Source of the DNA: Planctomycetota bacterium
Lineage (GTDB): Bacteria > Planctomycetota > SZUA-567 > H5-PLA8
NCBI GenBank assembly: GCA_037129555.1
Contig: JBAXUS010000003.1
Location: forward strand, 3,786 to 67,785
DNA length: 64,000 nt
Direction: 5' to 3'
Position 1 is the first letter of the stretch, and every line of letters begins with the position of its first letter. The notes below the pieces were generated by a model. That model searched no databases, was not told the origin of the DNA, and worked only from the letters and a program-made list of their open reading frames with translations. A program made the position numbers and the translations under genes. Positions 9,572 through 19,314 of this stretch are shown here, one piece after another.

Positions 9572-11473
9572 TTACTCTACACCCCGCCGCCATTGCATCG
9601 GATAGCTCTTCACAATTCCCAGCACCAGCGTCGAAAAGCGGTGACCGTTTTTTTCCATCGCGGATTTGATCGCTGAGATTTCGCGTTCGTCGGTCCATTC
9701 CAATTCGCGGCCGATGGCGTACGACAGCATGTTGCCGATCATACCGCGTTCGAAATCGTCCTGGTGTTTCAACACGATCTTTTTCAATTCAGCGGCTCCG
9801 TTGAATTTCTCTCCGCCGGGGAGTTGGCCGCTGGCGTCGATGTCTTTGCCGCTCTCGCGCCAGGTGCCGACGGCGTCGAAATTTTCCAGACCGAAGCCGA
9901 GTGGGTCAATCTTTTTGTGGCATCCGGCGCAGGTTGCATCGGTCGCGTGCATCGCCAGTTTCTCGCGGAAATTCTTCGGATCTTTTTTGTTGCGGCCTTC
10001 GTCTTTGAACATCCCGGCGTTTGCAGGCGGTGGCGCGGGCGGGTTGTCGAAGAGGACTTCGAGCACCCATTTTCCGCGCTGCGTCGGGCTGGTGCGATTC
10101 GTGTGTGAGGTCATCGCCAGAACGCTGCCCATACCCAGCAAGCCGCCGCGATGCTGTTCGGGTTTCAAGGCGGTGCGCTGCATTTTGTCGCCTTTGATTC
10201 CAGCGATTCCGTACAGCTTCGCGAGCGCTTCGTTGACGTAGGTGTAATCGGAGTCGAGCAACTCCAAGACGCTGCGGTCATCTTCGCGCAACTTGTCGAA
10301 GAACGTCGATGCTTCGTTGTACATTGCCGAGCGCATCTGGCCATTGAACGCCGGGAAGAACTCCGTGCTCGGGCGCGCTTCTTTGACTTTGCGGAATTGC
10401 AGCCAATGCGAGGCGAAATGCTCGGTCAACGCTTTGGCTTTCGGTGACGCCAGCATGCGTTTCACCTGATCGTCGAGCGACTTTTCGTCACTTAATTTAG
10501 TCTTCTCGGCCAGCGTAAGAAGCACTTCATCTGGCGGTGAGGACCAAAGGAAATAGGCGAGACGAGTGGCCAGTTCGACATCGGAAATTCGATACGGTTT
10601 CTTGGACTCTGTCTCCTTCTCTGTGCGATACACAAATGTAGGCGAGACGAGTACGGGTTTAATCATTGCGAGGCAGGCTTTGACGAACGGTTCTTGCTTG
10701 GCCGTGAGCGCGTCGAAGAGTTTCATCAGCTTCTCGGTTTCGTCCGGGCGAGCGGAACGGCGGAACGCTTTTCGAGCGAATGAAGTGATGAACGTTTGGG
10801 CGGCGATGCGGTCGTTGGCATTTTCGGTTGGCGCAGGAAAGAGGGCTTCGAGAGCCACGCGGTCTTTGTCTGATTTCTTGACCGCCGGATCTGACGCGGC
10901 TTTGAAACGCTCGACGACTTTGTCCGCTGCGGCGAAGTATTTTTCCATCAACGCCGCTGACATTGTCTGCCCGGCGGCGAAGGTTGCGTAGCCGGTGACG
11001 GGCGTGTCGTCCGGCATTCCGACCGAATCGGCGGCGTCGAAATCCAAGCCGGTGACGTCGCGGATCGTCAGGTTGTATTCGACGCGCGTCATGCGGCGGA
11101 GCAATGGCGGGCCGGGGTCGCGGGTGTTGGGGTCGTTGGAATCAAGCCGCGTGAGCAACGACCGAATCGCGCCTGCGAGCTTCGCGCGTTCGGCGTCGGG
11201 CAGCGCGCCGTCGTCGTCGGGCGGCATTTCTTTGGTTTGGATTTGGTCCAGAGCGTTGCGCCAGATTCTGTGCTTCTTCAGCGCTGAATTTGTGTCGCCA
11301 AAGAGCGAGAAATCAACACCGCCTTTTTGCTTCTTGTCGTTGTGACATTTGAAACAATGCGCCTCCATCATGGGGCGGATTTCTTTGGCATAATCCAGCG
11401 CGACGGGATCGGCGGCGGATGCGGCAGAGGTGATGGAGAGAACGAGCATGGCAAGCGAAAAGTTTTTCATCAT
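9572..11473 (-). CDS. DUF1592 / PSD1-5 planctomycete cytochrome c-like protein
   Basis: Signal peptide, CFKCH heme motif, LRRMTRVEYNLTIRD, ELATRLAYFLWSSPPD, TSPTQRGKWV, CAGCH…IDPLGFGLENFD. ATG 11473 chosen over 11542. Confidence 0.9.
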   Translation of the reverse strand: MMKNFSLAMLVLSITSAASAADPVALDYAKEIRPMMEAHCFKCHNDKKQKGGVDFSLFGDTNSALKKHRIWRNALDQIQTKEMPPDDDGALPDAERAKLAGAIRSLLTRLDSNDPNTRDPGPPLLRRMTRVEYNLTIRDVTGLDFDAADSVGMPDDTPVTGYATFAAGQTMSAALMEKYFAAADKVVERFKAASDPAVKKSDKDRVALEALFPAPTENANDRIAAQTFITSFARKAFRRSARPDETEKLMKLFDALTAKQEPFVKACLAMIKPVLVSPTFVYRTEKETESKKPYRISDVELATRLAYFLWSSPPDEVLLTLAEKTKLSDEKSLDDQVKRMLASPKAKALTEHFASHWLQFRKVKEARPSTEFFPAFNGQMRSAMYNEASTFFDKLREDDRSVLELLDSDYTYVNEALAKLYGIAGIKGDKMQRTALKPEQHRGGLLGMGSVLAMTSHTNRTSPTQRGKWVLEVLFDNPPAPPPANAGMFKDEGRNKKDPKNFREKLAMHATDATCAGCHKKIDPLGFGLENFDAVGTWRESGKDIDASGQLPGGEKFNGAAELKKIVLKHQDDFERGMIGNMLSYAIGRELEWTDEREISAIKSAMEKNGHRFSTLVLGIVKSYPMQWRRGVE

Positions 11474-11574
11474 GGGTTCGGAAGGGTGTAGGAAATTAGG
11501 CTTCATTTTTTGTACACTACACTTTAGATGAGCACTCCGCACCCATTAAATAGAAGCACGGAAGGAAATTCATA

Positions 11575-12408
11575 GTGCAGGCGACCACCCTTAAGAAGAG
11601 CGTTGAATTGTCCGGAGCCGGACTCCATTCCGGTCAGGTTGTCCGACTGGTACTGAATCCTGAACGCGACGGTCATGGTATTCGATTTGTTAGGACGGAT
11701 TTGCCCGGAAGTTCGATGATTCAATCCTGTGATGTGGACCGGAATTGTCCGCCGTTTCGCACGGCTTTGAAGAATGGAACCGCTGAAGTCCACACGGTCG
11801 AACATGTGTTCTCCGCGCTCGCCGCGCTGGGGGTGACTGATTGTTTGATTGAAGCGGACGGACCGGAGATTCCCGGGATGGATGGCAGTGCGTTGCATTT
11901 TGTTGAAGCTATACAGAGCGTCGGACTTGAAGCGATGCAGAACCGTGTTGTCGAGCCGGTGGTCGTGCGCGAAAAGATCGTCATTCAAGACGGGCCGGCC
12001 AGCCTCGAGGCGCTGCCGAACGCAGGCGGTTTGCGTATCACGTACACGCTCGATTATCCCGGCCATTCATTGGCGCAAGGCAACTACGATTTCGTTTTAT
12101 CGGAGCAGGCGTATCGCTCTGAAATCGCCCCGGCGCGAACGTTCGCGATTCGGCCTGAAGCGGAGAAGATGCGTGCCGCTGGATTCGGCAAAGGCGCGAA
12201 CACACAGAACACGGTCATCGTGGATGGGGAGAAAGCTGTTGATACGCAGTTGCGTTTTCCGAATGAGCCGGTGCGGCACAAGATTCTGGATTTGATCGGC
12301 GACTTGTACGTGCTCGGACGCCCGCTGCACGCGCATTTGATCGCGCGGTTCTCCGGGCACCGCACGAATCGGATGCTGGCGTTGGCGTTGATGGATGCGA
12401 AATTGTAG
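11575..12408 (+). CDS. lpxC: UDP-3-O-acyl-N-acetylglucosamine deacetylase
   Basis: GAGLHSG, TVEHVFSAL, EIPGMDGSA, EIAPARTF, LRFPNEPVRHKILDLIGDL, GH zinc-ligand motifs. Confidence 0.96.
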   Translation: MQATTLKKSVELSGAGLHSGQVVRLVLNPERDGHGIRFVRTDLPGSSMIQSCDVDRNCPPFRTALKNGTAEVHTVEHVFSALAALGVTDCLIEADGPEIPGMDGSALHFVEAIQSVGLEAMQNRVVEPVVVREKIVIQDGPASLEALPNAGGLRITYTLDYPGHSLAQGNYDFVLSEQAYRSEIAPARTFAIRPEAEKMRAAGFGKGANTQNTVIVDGEKAVDTQLRFPNEPVRHKILDLIGDLYVLGRPLHAHLIARFSGHRTNRMLALALMDAKL

Positions 12409-12446
12409 TGTGTGGTGATATGTGAGCGTTTGGATTGATCAACGCC

Positions 12447-12503
12447 TCCCCCACACCCCGCACACGAGTACGTGTGTCGGCCCTCTCCCCGAGGGGAGAG
12501 GGG
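12447..12503. repeat. boxC-like REP element (CCCTCTCCC…GGGAGAGGG hairpin)
   Basis: CCCTCTCCCC-GA-GGGGAGAGGG at 12481-12502; related copies at 38511-38548 and 49841-49861. Confidence 0.65.
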
Positions 12504-12630
12504 ATGCTTTTCCGCTGCTTGCTCTCGTGCACATCGGCACTATAATAATTATGTAATCAGCCGCATTATTTTACGCACAAATGAAGTCAATACAGATAGC
12601 GACAAGCGAATTCCTTTCAAATGAGGCGTC

Positions 12631-14496
12631 ATGGCATCGGGCATCGGCATTGACATCGGTAACGACTCCATCAAAATCGTGCGCGTCTCCGTATCGCGGG
12701 GGAAGGTTGCGGTTACGGGCGCGATGAAAATTCCGCGCAATTCTCCAGCGTTGGGCGCCGACGCGACTCAACCGGAAAAAGCTGGCTCTGACGGCAAGCC
12801 AGAGAAGAAGAGTGGCGACGCGTTTTTTGTTCCTACTGCGCTTGGAGCACTGATTAAAAGCGCTGGATTTGCTACGACGGGAACGGTCGGTGTCACTGGC
12901 CGTGAAGTCAACATCCGCTACTTGAGCGTTCCGCCCGTTCCGCCTGACAAATTGCGCATGCTTTTGAACATGGAACTGGCCGGCAAGCTCACGGGTGGAA
13001 AGATTCAGGACGACGTGCCGGCGGTCACGTACGACTGGCGCATTTTAAATGTCAGCGGCGGATTGAAGAGCGATCTGACGATCATGGCCGGGATCGCGAA
13101 GAACGATTTTCTGCTCGGCGCCCACGCGTTGTTGAAGAAAGCATCCATCGCTGCTGAAACGCTGACGCCGTCCGCGTTCGGATTGGTCAATGCGTATCTC
13201 AGCACTCAGACACCGCCGCCGGGCGAAACCGTCGTGCTCTGCGATGTGGGCCACGACTTGCTTGAAATTGCAGTCATCGAAGACCGCAGCGTTCTCTTTG
13301 CCCGCAGTGCCGCTGGGGGCGGAAAGAAGTTTAATCTTTCGCTCGATAAAGTGCTGCAAACCGGCTCCGAACGCGCGGCGGTTTTCAAGCATGATCGCGC
13401 CCGGATTTATCCGGAAGGTGCGGAGATGCGCAGCAAGCAGGACGAGAATTTCCAGCCCGCTTTGCGCGAAGGGGCCGACGCCATCGCTGCCGCGATTCGC
13501 TCGTCGATCATGTTCTGCCGAACACAGGCGAAACTGCCGAAGCTGGACTTCACGCGTGTGTATTTATCCGGCGGTGGCGCGCGTTTGAAAGGCTTGTGCG
13601 ATTACCTGGAAAAGAAGCTCGCGCGACCCGTCCAGCCGTTGAATGTGGCTGCGGGCGTCAACCTCAGTGGCTTGCGCCCGGACTCGGCGCTGCTCTTTCA
13701 AGACGCGATTTCGGATATGTCGGTCGCGCTGGGATTGGCGGTGATCGATGCGGATCACAAAGCCGTCCACTTCGATTTCGTGCCCGAACCGATTCTCAAC
13801 CGCCGCTCATTCTGGCGCAAAACGGTGGTTGGAATTGCCGCTGGCGTGGTGCTCATCGCCGGGCTGGTGCCGCCATATTTGTACGCTCAAAAAGCGGCGG
13901 CGGAATCCGCCAGCGTCGTTGCGAAGTTTGACGAATTTCAGAAGACTGCGGACAAAGACAAGAAGGAGTACGCGAAATTCGTTGAACAAAAACGGATGCA
14001 GGCGGCGAAGGCGGATTATTATGCTCGGCAGACGCGCATGGACCGCGTGTATGTTGAATTGTTGCGCGTCGTTCGCGAATCGACGCCCAAGCGTGTGATG
14101 CTGAATTATGTCGGTCCGCCCATTGGTGAAAGCTCGGGTACCGGATTGGGTTCGTGGAAAGCGACGGATCAGCCGATTCTTGATTTCGTGATTCGTGGAT
14201 CGTACGACAAAGAAGAATACCCCGAGCAAGCCGCGCCGCCGCGCATCACGATCAATGAGGCGTGGAACGGTAAGCATGACAAGGATGACAAGATCATTGT
14301 CGAAGGCATGCGCGACAAATTGTTGAAAGTACCGGGCGTCAAAGAAGCGAATCTCGTCGCGCTGGCGGACACTGATCCCGCGCTGGGAGCCAAGCTTGAT
14401 AAGGAAGGCAAGAAACCGTTTCAGGCCACGATCAAATTGCGCGACCCGGCGACGCCGTTAAAGGCTGCGCGCGAATCGAAAGAGGCGAAGCCATAG
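12631..14496 (+). CDS. pilM: Type IV pilus assembly protein PilM (actin-like) fused to a PilN-like TM/coiled-coil/periplasmic region
   Basis: GIDIGNDSIKIV, DVGHD, VYLSGGGARLKGL and ALGLA PilM motifs, then FVPE, a TM helix, a coiled coil and a TPKRVML PilN-like segment. Confidence 0.85.
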   Translation: MASGIGIDIGNDSIKIVRVSVSRGKVAVTGAMKIPRNSPALGADATQPEKAGSDGKPEKKSGDAFFVPTALGALIKSAGFATTGTVGVTGREVNIRYLSVPPVPPDKLRMLLNMELAGKLTGGKIQDDVPAVTYDWRILNVSGGLKSDLTIMAGIAKNDFLLGAHALLKKASIAAETLTPSAFGLVNAYLSTQTPPPGETVVLCDVGHDLLEIAVIEDRSVLFARSAAGGGKKFNLSLDKVLQTGSERAAVFKHDRARIYPEGAEMRSKQDENFQPALREGADAIAAAIRSSIMFCRTQAKLPKLDFTRVYLSGGGARLKGLCDYLEKKLARPVQPLNVAAGVNLSGLRPDSALLFQDAISDMSVALGLAVIDADHKAVHFDFVPEPILNRRSFWRKTVVGIAAGVVLIAGLVPPYLYAQKAAAESASVVAKFDEFQKTADKDKKEYAKFVEQKRMQAAKADYYARQTRMDRVYVELLRVVRESTPKRVMLNYVGPPIGESSGTGLGSWKATDQPILDFVIRGSYDKEEYPEQAAPPRITINEAWNGKHDKDDKIIVEGMRDKLLKVPGVKEANLVALADTDPALGAKLDKEGKKPFQATIKLRDPATPLKAARESKEAKP

Positions 14497-14521
14497 GAGT
14501 GAGATTAGGTTGTTTGCTGTT

Positions 14522-14719
14522 AGCCCCGAAGGGGCGAAATAATGTAGCCAAGGGCGTAAGCCCTGTGTGAAAGTGGTGTGCTAAATGTTAGCCCTGAAAG
14601 GGCGGTATAAAAGGGTGGCGAACCGAGCAATTTATGCCGCCCTTTCAGGGCAAACAATCAATGAACGTTCAAACCCAGGCCTTACGGCCTGGGCTACATT
14701 AGGTCGCCCCTTTGGGGCT
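14522..14719. repeat. REPIN/MITE-like nested inverted-repeat element
   Basis: ~50 bp imperfect outer arms (14522-14571 and 14668-14719) and ~21 bp inner arms (14591-14611 and 14631-14651). Confidence 0.8.
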
Positions 14720-14778
14720 GTACTGCAAGGGAATTTGAACCGTAATTGGGGCTGCATTGCACTAGAATTGGAACCGTT

Positions 14779-15822
14779 ATGTTTTTTGAAAAAAATAAAA
14801 ACCTTATGATCGCGACCGGTGCTGTGGCGCTGCTGTGGGTGATTTTGTTTTACACGCTCGTCGCCCCGAGTTGGGAGCAGGCTCAGGCGGCTCAGGAGGC
14901 GGCTCAAGCTAAACGCAAAGCGTGGGAAGCGTCCACGAATGCGGAGAAGGAACGCAAAGAAGCCAAGGAAGACAAGCGCAAGAACGAGTTCAAAATCCGC
15001 AAGGAAGCTGAAGCGGATTTGACGCGTGCCAGCGAAGTGATCGATGTGAAATCGAAAGAGTTGCGAAAAATTGAATTCGGAACCAAGGACTCGCTGCGGT
15101 CGTTCAGCGTGGCATCCGTCGGTAAGAACGGCGACACGAAGAATCTGCTGAACGAGAAATTGAAGCAGACGAAGGACCGCGCGAACGCGATAGTTCGCGT
15201 GAAGCTTGAGGCTGAAAAGCTGTCAGTTCGCTTTGGTGAGGACACGACGAGCGACGCGTTGAATTTATTGCGACTCGCGATGGTGGACCGCTTTTTGACC
15301 GCGTGCAAAGACGTCAAAGATCCCAGCACAAAGGACTGCAAGATCGAAGAGATCGCAGGCCTCGATTACTACAAACCTGAAATCATCCAACTCCCGGATG
15401 CTGAGAAGACGAAGGAAAAAACCAGCGACGAAGAAGAGGTCGCCGAAACGAAAAAACCGAAGGCAAAGGGGAAGGATAAAGATAAGGAAAAGGATGCGGA
15501 CAAAGCCGACGAGATTGAACGCCTCGTGGCGATTCCGATGAAGGTGCTGGTCCGCGCGCCCGAACGTTTCATGGCTCAATTGCTGTACGAATTGGGGCAG
15601 CCCACATCCGGTCGGCCCGACGGTGAAGACCGGCGCGGCTATTTCTGCGTAAAAGGGTTTCACGTTTCGGTGTCGAACGCCTCAGCCAGCACGGGTGAGA
15701 AATTGCTTGAAATGAGCGTCGCCGTTTCGGCGTTGTTGCGTGAATCGGAAATCAAAGCGCTTGGCATCACGTTAAAAAGCGACGGTCGAGGAAGCAGTCG
15801 GCGCGAAGTGGAATCTTATTAG
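14779..15822 (+). CDS. PilO/GspM-like membrane-anchored coiled-coil protein
   Basis: N-terminal TM helix, long coiled coil, C-terminal ferredoxin-like pattern (IPMKVLVRA…LLYEL…FCVKGFHV…LEMSVAV); position after pilMN. ATG 14779 chosen. Confidence 0.6.
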   Translation: MFFEKNKNLMIATGAVALLWVILFYTLVAPSWEQAQAAQEAAQAKRKAWEASTNAEKERKEAKEDKRKNEFKIRKEAEADLTRASEVIDVKSKELRKIEFGTKDSLRSFSVASVGKNGDTKNLLNEKLKQTKDRANAIVRVKLEAEKLSVRFGEDTTSDALNLLRLAMVDRFLTACKDVKDPSTKDCKIEEIAGLDYYKPEIIQLPDAEKTKEKTSDEEEVAETKKPKAKGKDKDKEKDADKADEIERLVAIPMKVLVRAPERFMAQLLYELGQPTSGRPDGEDRRGYFCVKGFHVSVSNASASTGEKLLEMSVAVSALLRESEIKALGITLKSDGRGSSRREVESY

Positions 15823-15829
15823 GACCATT

Positions 15830-16279
15830 ATGAAAGACTGGATCATCGAATTTCTCGACGCACAATTGGGACGCGTGCTGTTGGTCGTGGCGCTGGCGTG
15901 GACTGGGTGGAGCGTCTATGCCAATTGGTACGCTCCGGTACCGAAAGAATTGACGGAGGCGAAGGCCAAACCGGTCTATGTCGAAGTCGATACGAATGCG
16001 AAATTGCAGGACGACAAGGAAGTATATTTCGCGTCCGGCGGCATTGACCCGTACATCGTCCCCGGATTGTTTGTCTTCGTTCCGGAGAAAGTGCTGAAGC
16101 AATTCACGCCGGTCGATTTGGACATCCCGCCGGTGTCGGTGAAACGTCCACCGCAGATTCTGCCTGAGCCGGGGCCGTCGTTGGAAGGTGCCGACAAGTT
16201 GCCGAAGTTCGGTGATGAATTCACACCGCCGTCTGCAGCGGATTTGGCACCGCCGCCCAAGACGTCTGGACCTAAATGA
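15830..16279 (+). CDS. Membrane-anchored Pro-rich protein (PilP/GspC position)
   Basis: One TM helix, Pro-rich tail, SD AGGA; role inferred from operon position only. Confidence 0.5.
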   Translation: MKDWIIEFLDAQLGRVLLVVALAWTGWSVYANWYAPVPKELTEAKAKPVYVEVDTNAKLQDDKEVYFASGGIDPYIVPGLFVFVPEKVLKQFTPVDLDIPPVSVKRPPQILPEPGPSLEGADKLPKFGDEFTPPSAADLAPPPKTSGPK

Positions 16280-16300
16280 CGGGCTAAAAGCCCGTCCTAC
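16278..16300 (-). repeat. GTAG-family REP
   Basis: Reverse complement reads GTAGGACGGGCTTTTAGCCCGTC. Confidence 0.8.
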
Positions 16301-16350
16301 TTTCACGCAGTGCGGCGCTTCATTTTTACGTCTCAAACTTAGTGGTTATT

Positions 16351-18753
16351 ATGAATCCAATCGCTCCCCCACCCTTCTGTGTCTTCTGCCCCCGCTTTTG
16401 CAGCCTCGCCGTCGCGTTGTGCTGGGTGCTGGCCGGGAGCGTTGGGACGTCGTGTTTTGCGCTGGACGATGATTCTGATTTCAATGTGCTCAAAGAAGAC
16501 ACCATTATTCTGAAGAGCGGCGAAAAGCTACTGGGCCGGATTACGGAGCAAGACGACGGCAGCTACCAGTTCAATGGCGGACGATTTGCCCGGACGCTGC
16601 AGAAAAGTGAAATCAGCGTCGTTCGCAAGAAGGCCACGAAAGAAGAAGAGTTGGATCGACTGGCGAAAAAGTATGCCAGCGACGGGCCCAATATGCTGCG
16701 CATCGCCACGAAGGCGACGACGCGTTTCAATCTCAACGCGCGCGTGATTCCGATTCTCGAACGCTTCGTCGCGGCGCGCAATGATGAGGGCTGTTCGCAG
16801 TTGCTGGGTTCGCTGTATTTGAATGCGGATCAGGCCGACAAGGCGCTGCGCATTGGTGAAAAGCTGGTGGATCGCGATCCGAAAAAGCCGCGCAATTTGA
16901 TGCTGCGCGGCAAAGCGCTCGCGATGCTGAACAAAGTCGAAGCGGCTGAGAAAGATTTGACGACGGCTTACAAACTCGCGCCCCAGGACGACGAGATTGT
17001 GCTGGCGTATGCTGATTTGCAATTGCGTTTGGGCAAGGCGGACGCTGCAAAGAAGATCTTCACTGATGTGATCGCGTCCAATTCGCGCAACGCGTCGGCG
17101 CTGTCGGGGCTGGGGTTTGTTCAGATTCGGACGGGTGAATTTCCGGCGGCTGAGCAGTCGTTTCAAAAGGCGCTGGAAATCAACTCGGAATTCCGCAACG
17201 CGCTGATCGGCCTGGCTACGGCGGAGATGATGAACAAGCGCTACGACGACGCGTTCGCGGATAGCAATCGCATTTTGAATCTCGACAACAACTGCGCCGA
17301 AGCGTTGCAGATTCAAGCCATGGCGTTGATCTACAAAGGTGACCCGGCGTCGCTCGCGAAGGTGGACGACAAGAATTACATCAAAGACTCGCTCGAAGCC
17401 AAACCGAATCAGCCGCGCTTGCTGTTGGCTTGGGCTGCGATGCTGGATCGGCAGGCGAAATTTGACGAGATGAGAACGTCGAAGGATAAAGATCCGAATG
17501 GCGGTGCCGGGTTACCCAAAAAGCTCGCGGCGACGCAGAAGTTGAACGAGGTTCTCAACAGTGATGCGGCGGACAGCTACATCCAGTATTTCATTGGAGA
17601 ACGTCGCTTCCGTGAGGCTGAGGAAGCCAAGCGCCGCAACGAACCGGCTGTTGTCGAAACCGCGTTGGGTAAAGCGGAGGACGCGTACAAGCGCGCGGCC
17701 AAACTCAGTCCGAGCTACGCGCCTGCCAATGGTGCGCTGGGCGCGACGTTGTTGCGGCGGAAGAAATATGACGAAGCGAAAGCTGCGTTCGCCAAAGCGA
17801 TTGAATGCGATTCGACGTCGCAGGATGCAGCCGATTATTTTGCCGGCCAGGGTCTCGCACTGCTGCAATCGCGGAACTTTGAACAAGCGTCCGCGCTATT
17901 TAAAAAGGCACTCGCTCTGGATCCGACAAACGCTCCGGCGCATTGCGGTCGTGGCTACATTGCCAATTGGGAACGCGACAAGGATCGTGCAATTGATGGC
18001 TTCCAAAAGGCGCTCGCGTCCGACGGTGATTGCGCTTATGCAGCGAATGCGTTGCAGCAGATTTATAAGCAGGACGACCGCGAAATGGAGTACGTGCATT
18101 TCTCGGGCAGCGAATGGCCCCAGGGTTGGAAGCCGTTCAATCCGGGGCAATTGAAATTCGTGTTGAGCAACGGGCAGGCTGCGATTATTGGAACGCAAGG
18201 TCAGGCGCAGGGCACGCGGTTGGACCTCGCGCGGCAGTTTGCTCCGGCGTCGAAATTCGAACGGCTCGAAGCCGATTTGAACATCTCACCGAACACGCCA
18301 GCTGAATTTGGATTGCGTGTCGCGTCGGGCACTGGACCATCGCCTGCGTTTGAACTTCAGTTCGGAAAAGACGCGAGCAACGAGCTAAAAGTCTGGGTGC
18401 GAGACAGTTCGATTATGAATCCGGAATGGAAGACGACGGGCAAGGAATGGCCGGCGTCCGGGCGCGTTCGTTTGGGAATTGAAACGGAAGGGTTCACGCC
18501 GACTGAAGGCCTGTGCAAAGTGATCGTGAACGGTGTCACCATTGGGCGCGTACCGTTGAAATTCCAAGCGGTTCCAAAGACGTTGTCGATGGGTGTTTTC
18601 TTGATCGCCACGCCGAACGCGGCCATTAACGCGACGATCAATAACATTGCCATCGTGAAACGCGGCGCTTCGGATACGATGAAAGACAACACGGGCGACG
18701 TGAAATTTATCGCTGAACCTGACAAGCCTGAGAAGACAGACGAGAAGAAATAA
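16351..18753 (+). CDS. Exported tetratricopeptide repeat protein with C-terminal ConA-like beta-sandwich
   Basis: Signal-like N-terminus, small beta domain (DTIILKSGEKLLGRI), many TPR units (ALSGLG…AEQSFQKALEIN; FKKALALDPTNAPAH), beta-rich C-terminus. Confidence 0.85.
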   Translation: MNPIAPPPFCVFCPRFCSLAVALCWVLAGSVGTSCFALDDDSDFNVLKEDTIILKSGEKLLGRITEQDDGSYQFNGGRFARTLQKSEISVVRKKATKEEELDRLAKKYASDGPNMLRIATKATTRFNLNARVIPILERFVAARNDEGCSQLLGSLYLNADQADKALRIGEKLVDRDPKKPRNLMLRGKALAMLNKVEAAEKDLTTAYKLAPQDDEIVLAYADLQLRLGKADAAKKIFTDVIASNSRNASALSGLGFVQIRTGEFPAAEQSFQKALEINSEFRNALIGLATAEMMNKRYDDAFADSNRILNLDNNCAEALQIQAMALIYKGDPASLAKVDDKNYIKDSLEAKPNQPRLLLAWAAMLDRQAKFDEMRTSKDKDPNGGAGLPKKLAATQKLNEVLNSDAADSYIQYFIGERRFREAEEAKRRNEPAVVETALGKAEDAYKRAAKLSPSYAPANGALGATLLRRKKYDEAKAAFAKAIECDSTSQDAADYFAGQGLALLQSRNFEQASALFKKALALDPTNAPAHCGRGYIANWERDKDRAIDGFQKALASDGDCAYAANALQQIYKQDDREMEYVHFSGSEWPQGWKPFNPGQLKFVLSNGQAAIIGTQGQAQGTRLDLARQFAPASKFERLEADLNISPNTPAEFGLRVASGTGPSPAFELQFGKDASNELKVWVRDSSIMNPEWKTTGKEWPASGRVRLGIETEGFTPTEGLCKVIVNGVTIGRVPLKFQAVPKTLSMGVFLIATPNAAINATINNIAIVKRGASDTMKDNTGDVKFIAEPDKPEKTDEKK

Positions 18754-18762
18754 GCGGAACGT

Positions 18763-18784
18763 GCCGGCGAGACGCCGGCGGTAC
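18763..18784 (-). repeat. GTAC-type REP palindrome
   Basis: Reverse complement GTACCGCCGGCGTCTCGCCGGC; stem GCCGGCG/CGCCGGC. Only one copy seen in the window. Confidence 0.5.
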
Positions 18785-18810
18785 AGGGTCTTTTTGGAGC
18801 TCGAAAACAC

Positions 18811-19311
18811 ATGCGCAGGACGCCCTCAGGATTCACGTTGCTGGAATTGCTCGTGGTCATCACGATCATCGCTATTTTGGGCGCGGCGATCATGGCGTCC
18901 ATGGGCGCGATTCAGCGCAATACGCGCGTCAATTTGACTAAGACGCAGTTCCAATTGCTGAAATCCGCGCTGGATCGCTACGTCGGTGATTTTGATGATT
19001 ACCCGCCTTCTGAGGGCGACGCCTTGAAGGGGGCGCAGAGTCTTTTCGCGTGTTTGACGACCACGAAAAAAGGCGGGCCGTATATTCAGGCCGGCGACAT
19101 CCCGACTGTGGATCCGACCGGCAACGGCGACACGGCGTTCGCGGATCAGTTCAAGCATCCTATTTATTACCTGCACCACCGCGACTACCACAATCAAGTT
19201 CCGAACAAGCACGATTTCCGATTGATCTCGTGGGGTCCGAACGGGCGCTACGAAGATGGTGATCGCAACAGCGACGACATTGTGAATTGGAACAAAGACA
19301 AGCCGGAGTAA
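18811..19311 (+). CDS. gspG: GspG-like major (pseudo)pilin
   Basis: Prepilin site G|FTLLELLVVITII; ALDRY…DYP, DQFKHPIYY, LISWGPNG…DDIVNW T2SSG-type C-terminus. Confidence 0.8.
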   Translation: MRRTPSGFTLLELLVVITIIAILGAAIMASMGAIQRNTRVNLTKTQFQLLKSALDRYVGDFDDYPPSEGDALKGAQSLFACLTTTKKGGPYIQAGDIPTVDPTGNGDTAFADQFKHPIYYLHHRDYHNQVPNKHDFRLISWGPNGRYEDGDRNSDDIVNWNKDKPE

Positions 19312-19314
19312 GCC

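Noticed and set aside
14500-14745. CRISPR array or integron attC site; ORFs 14585-14809 and 14632-14907
   Set aside because: Repeats are inverted, not direct with spacers; no proper RYYYAAC/GTTRRRY pair, cas gene or integrase; the ORFs are translations of the repeat.
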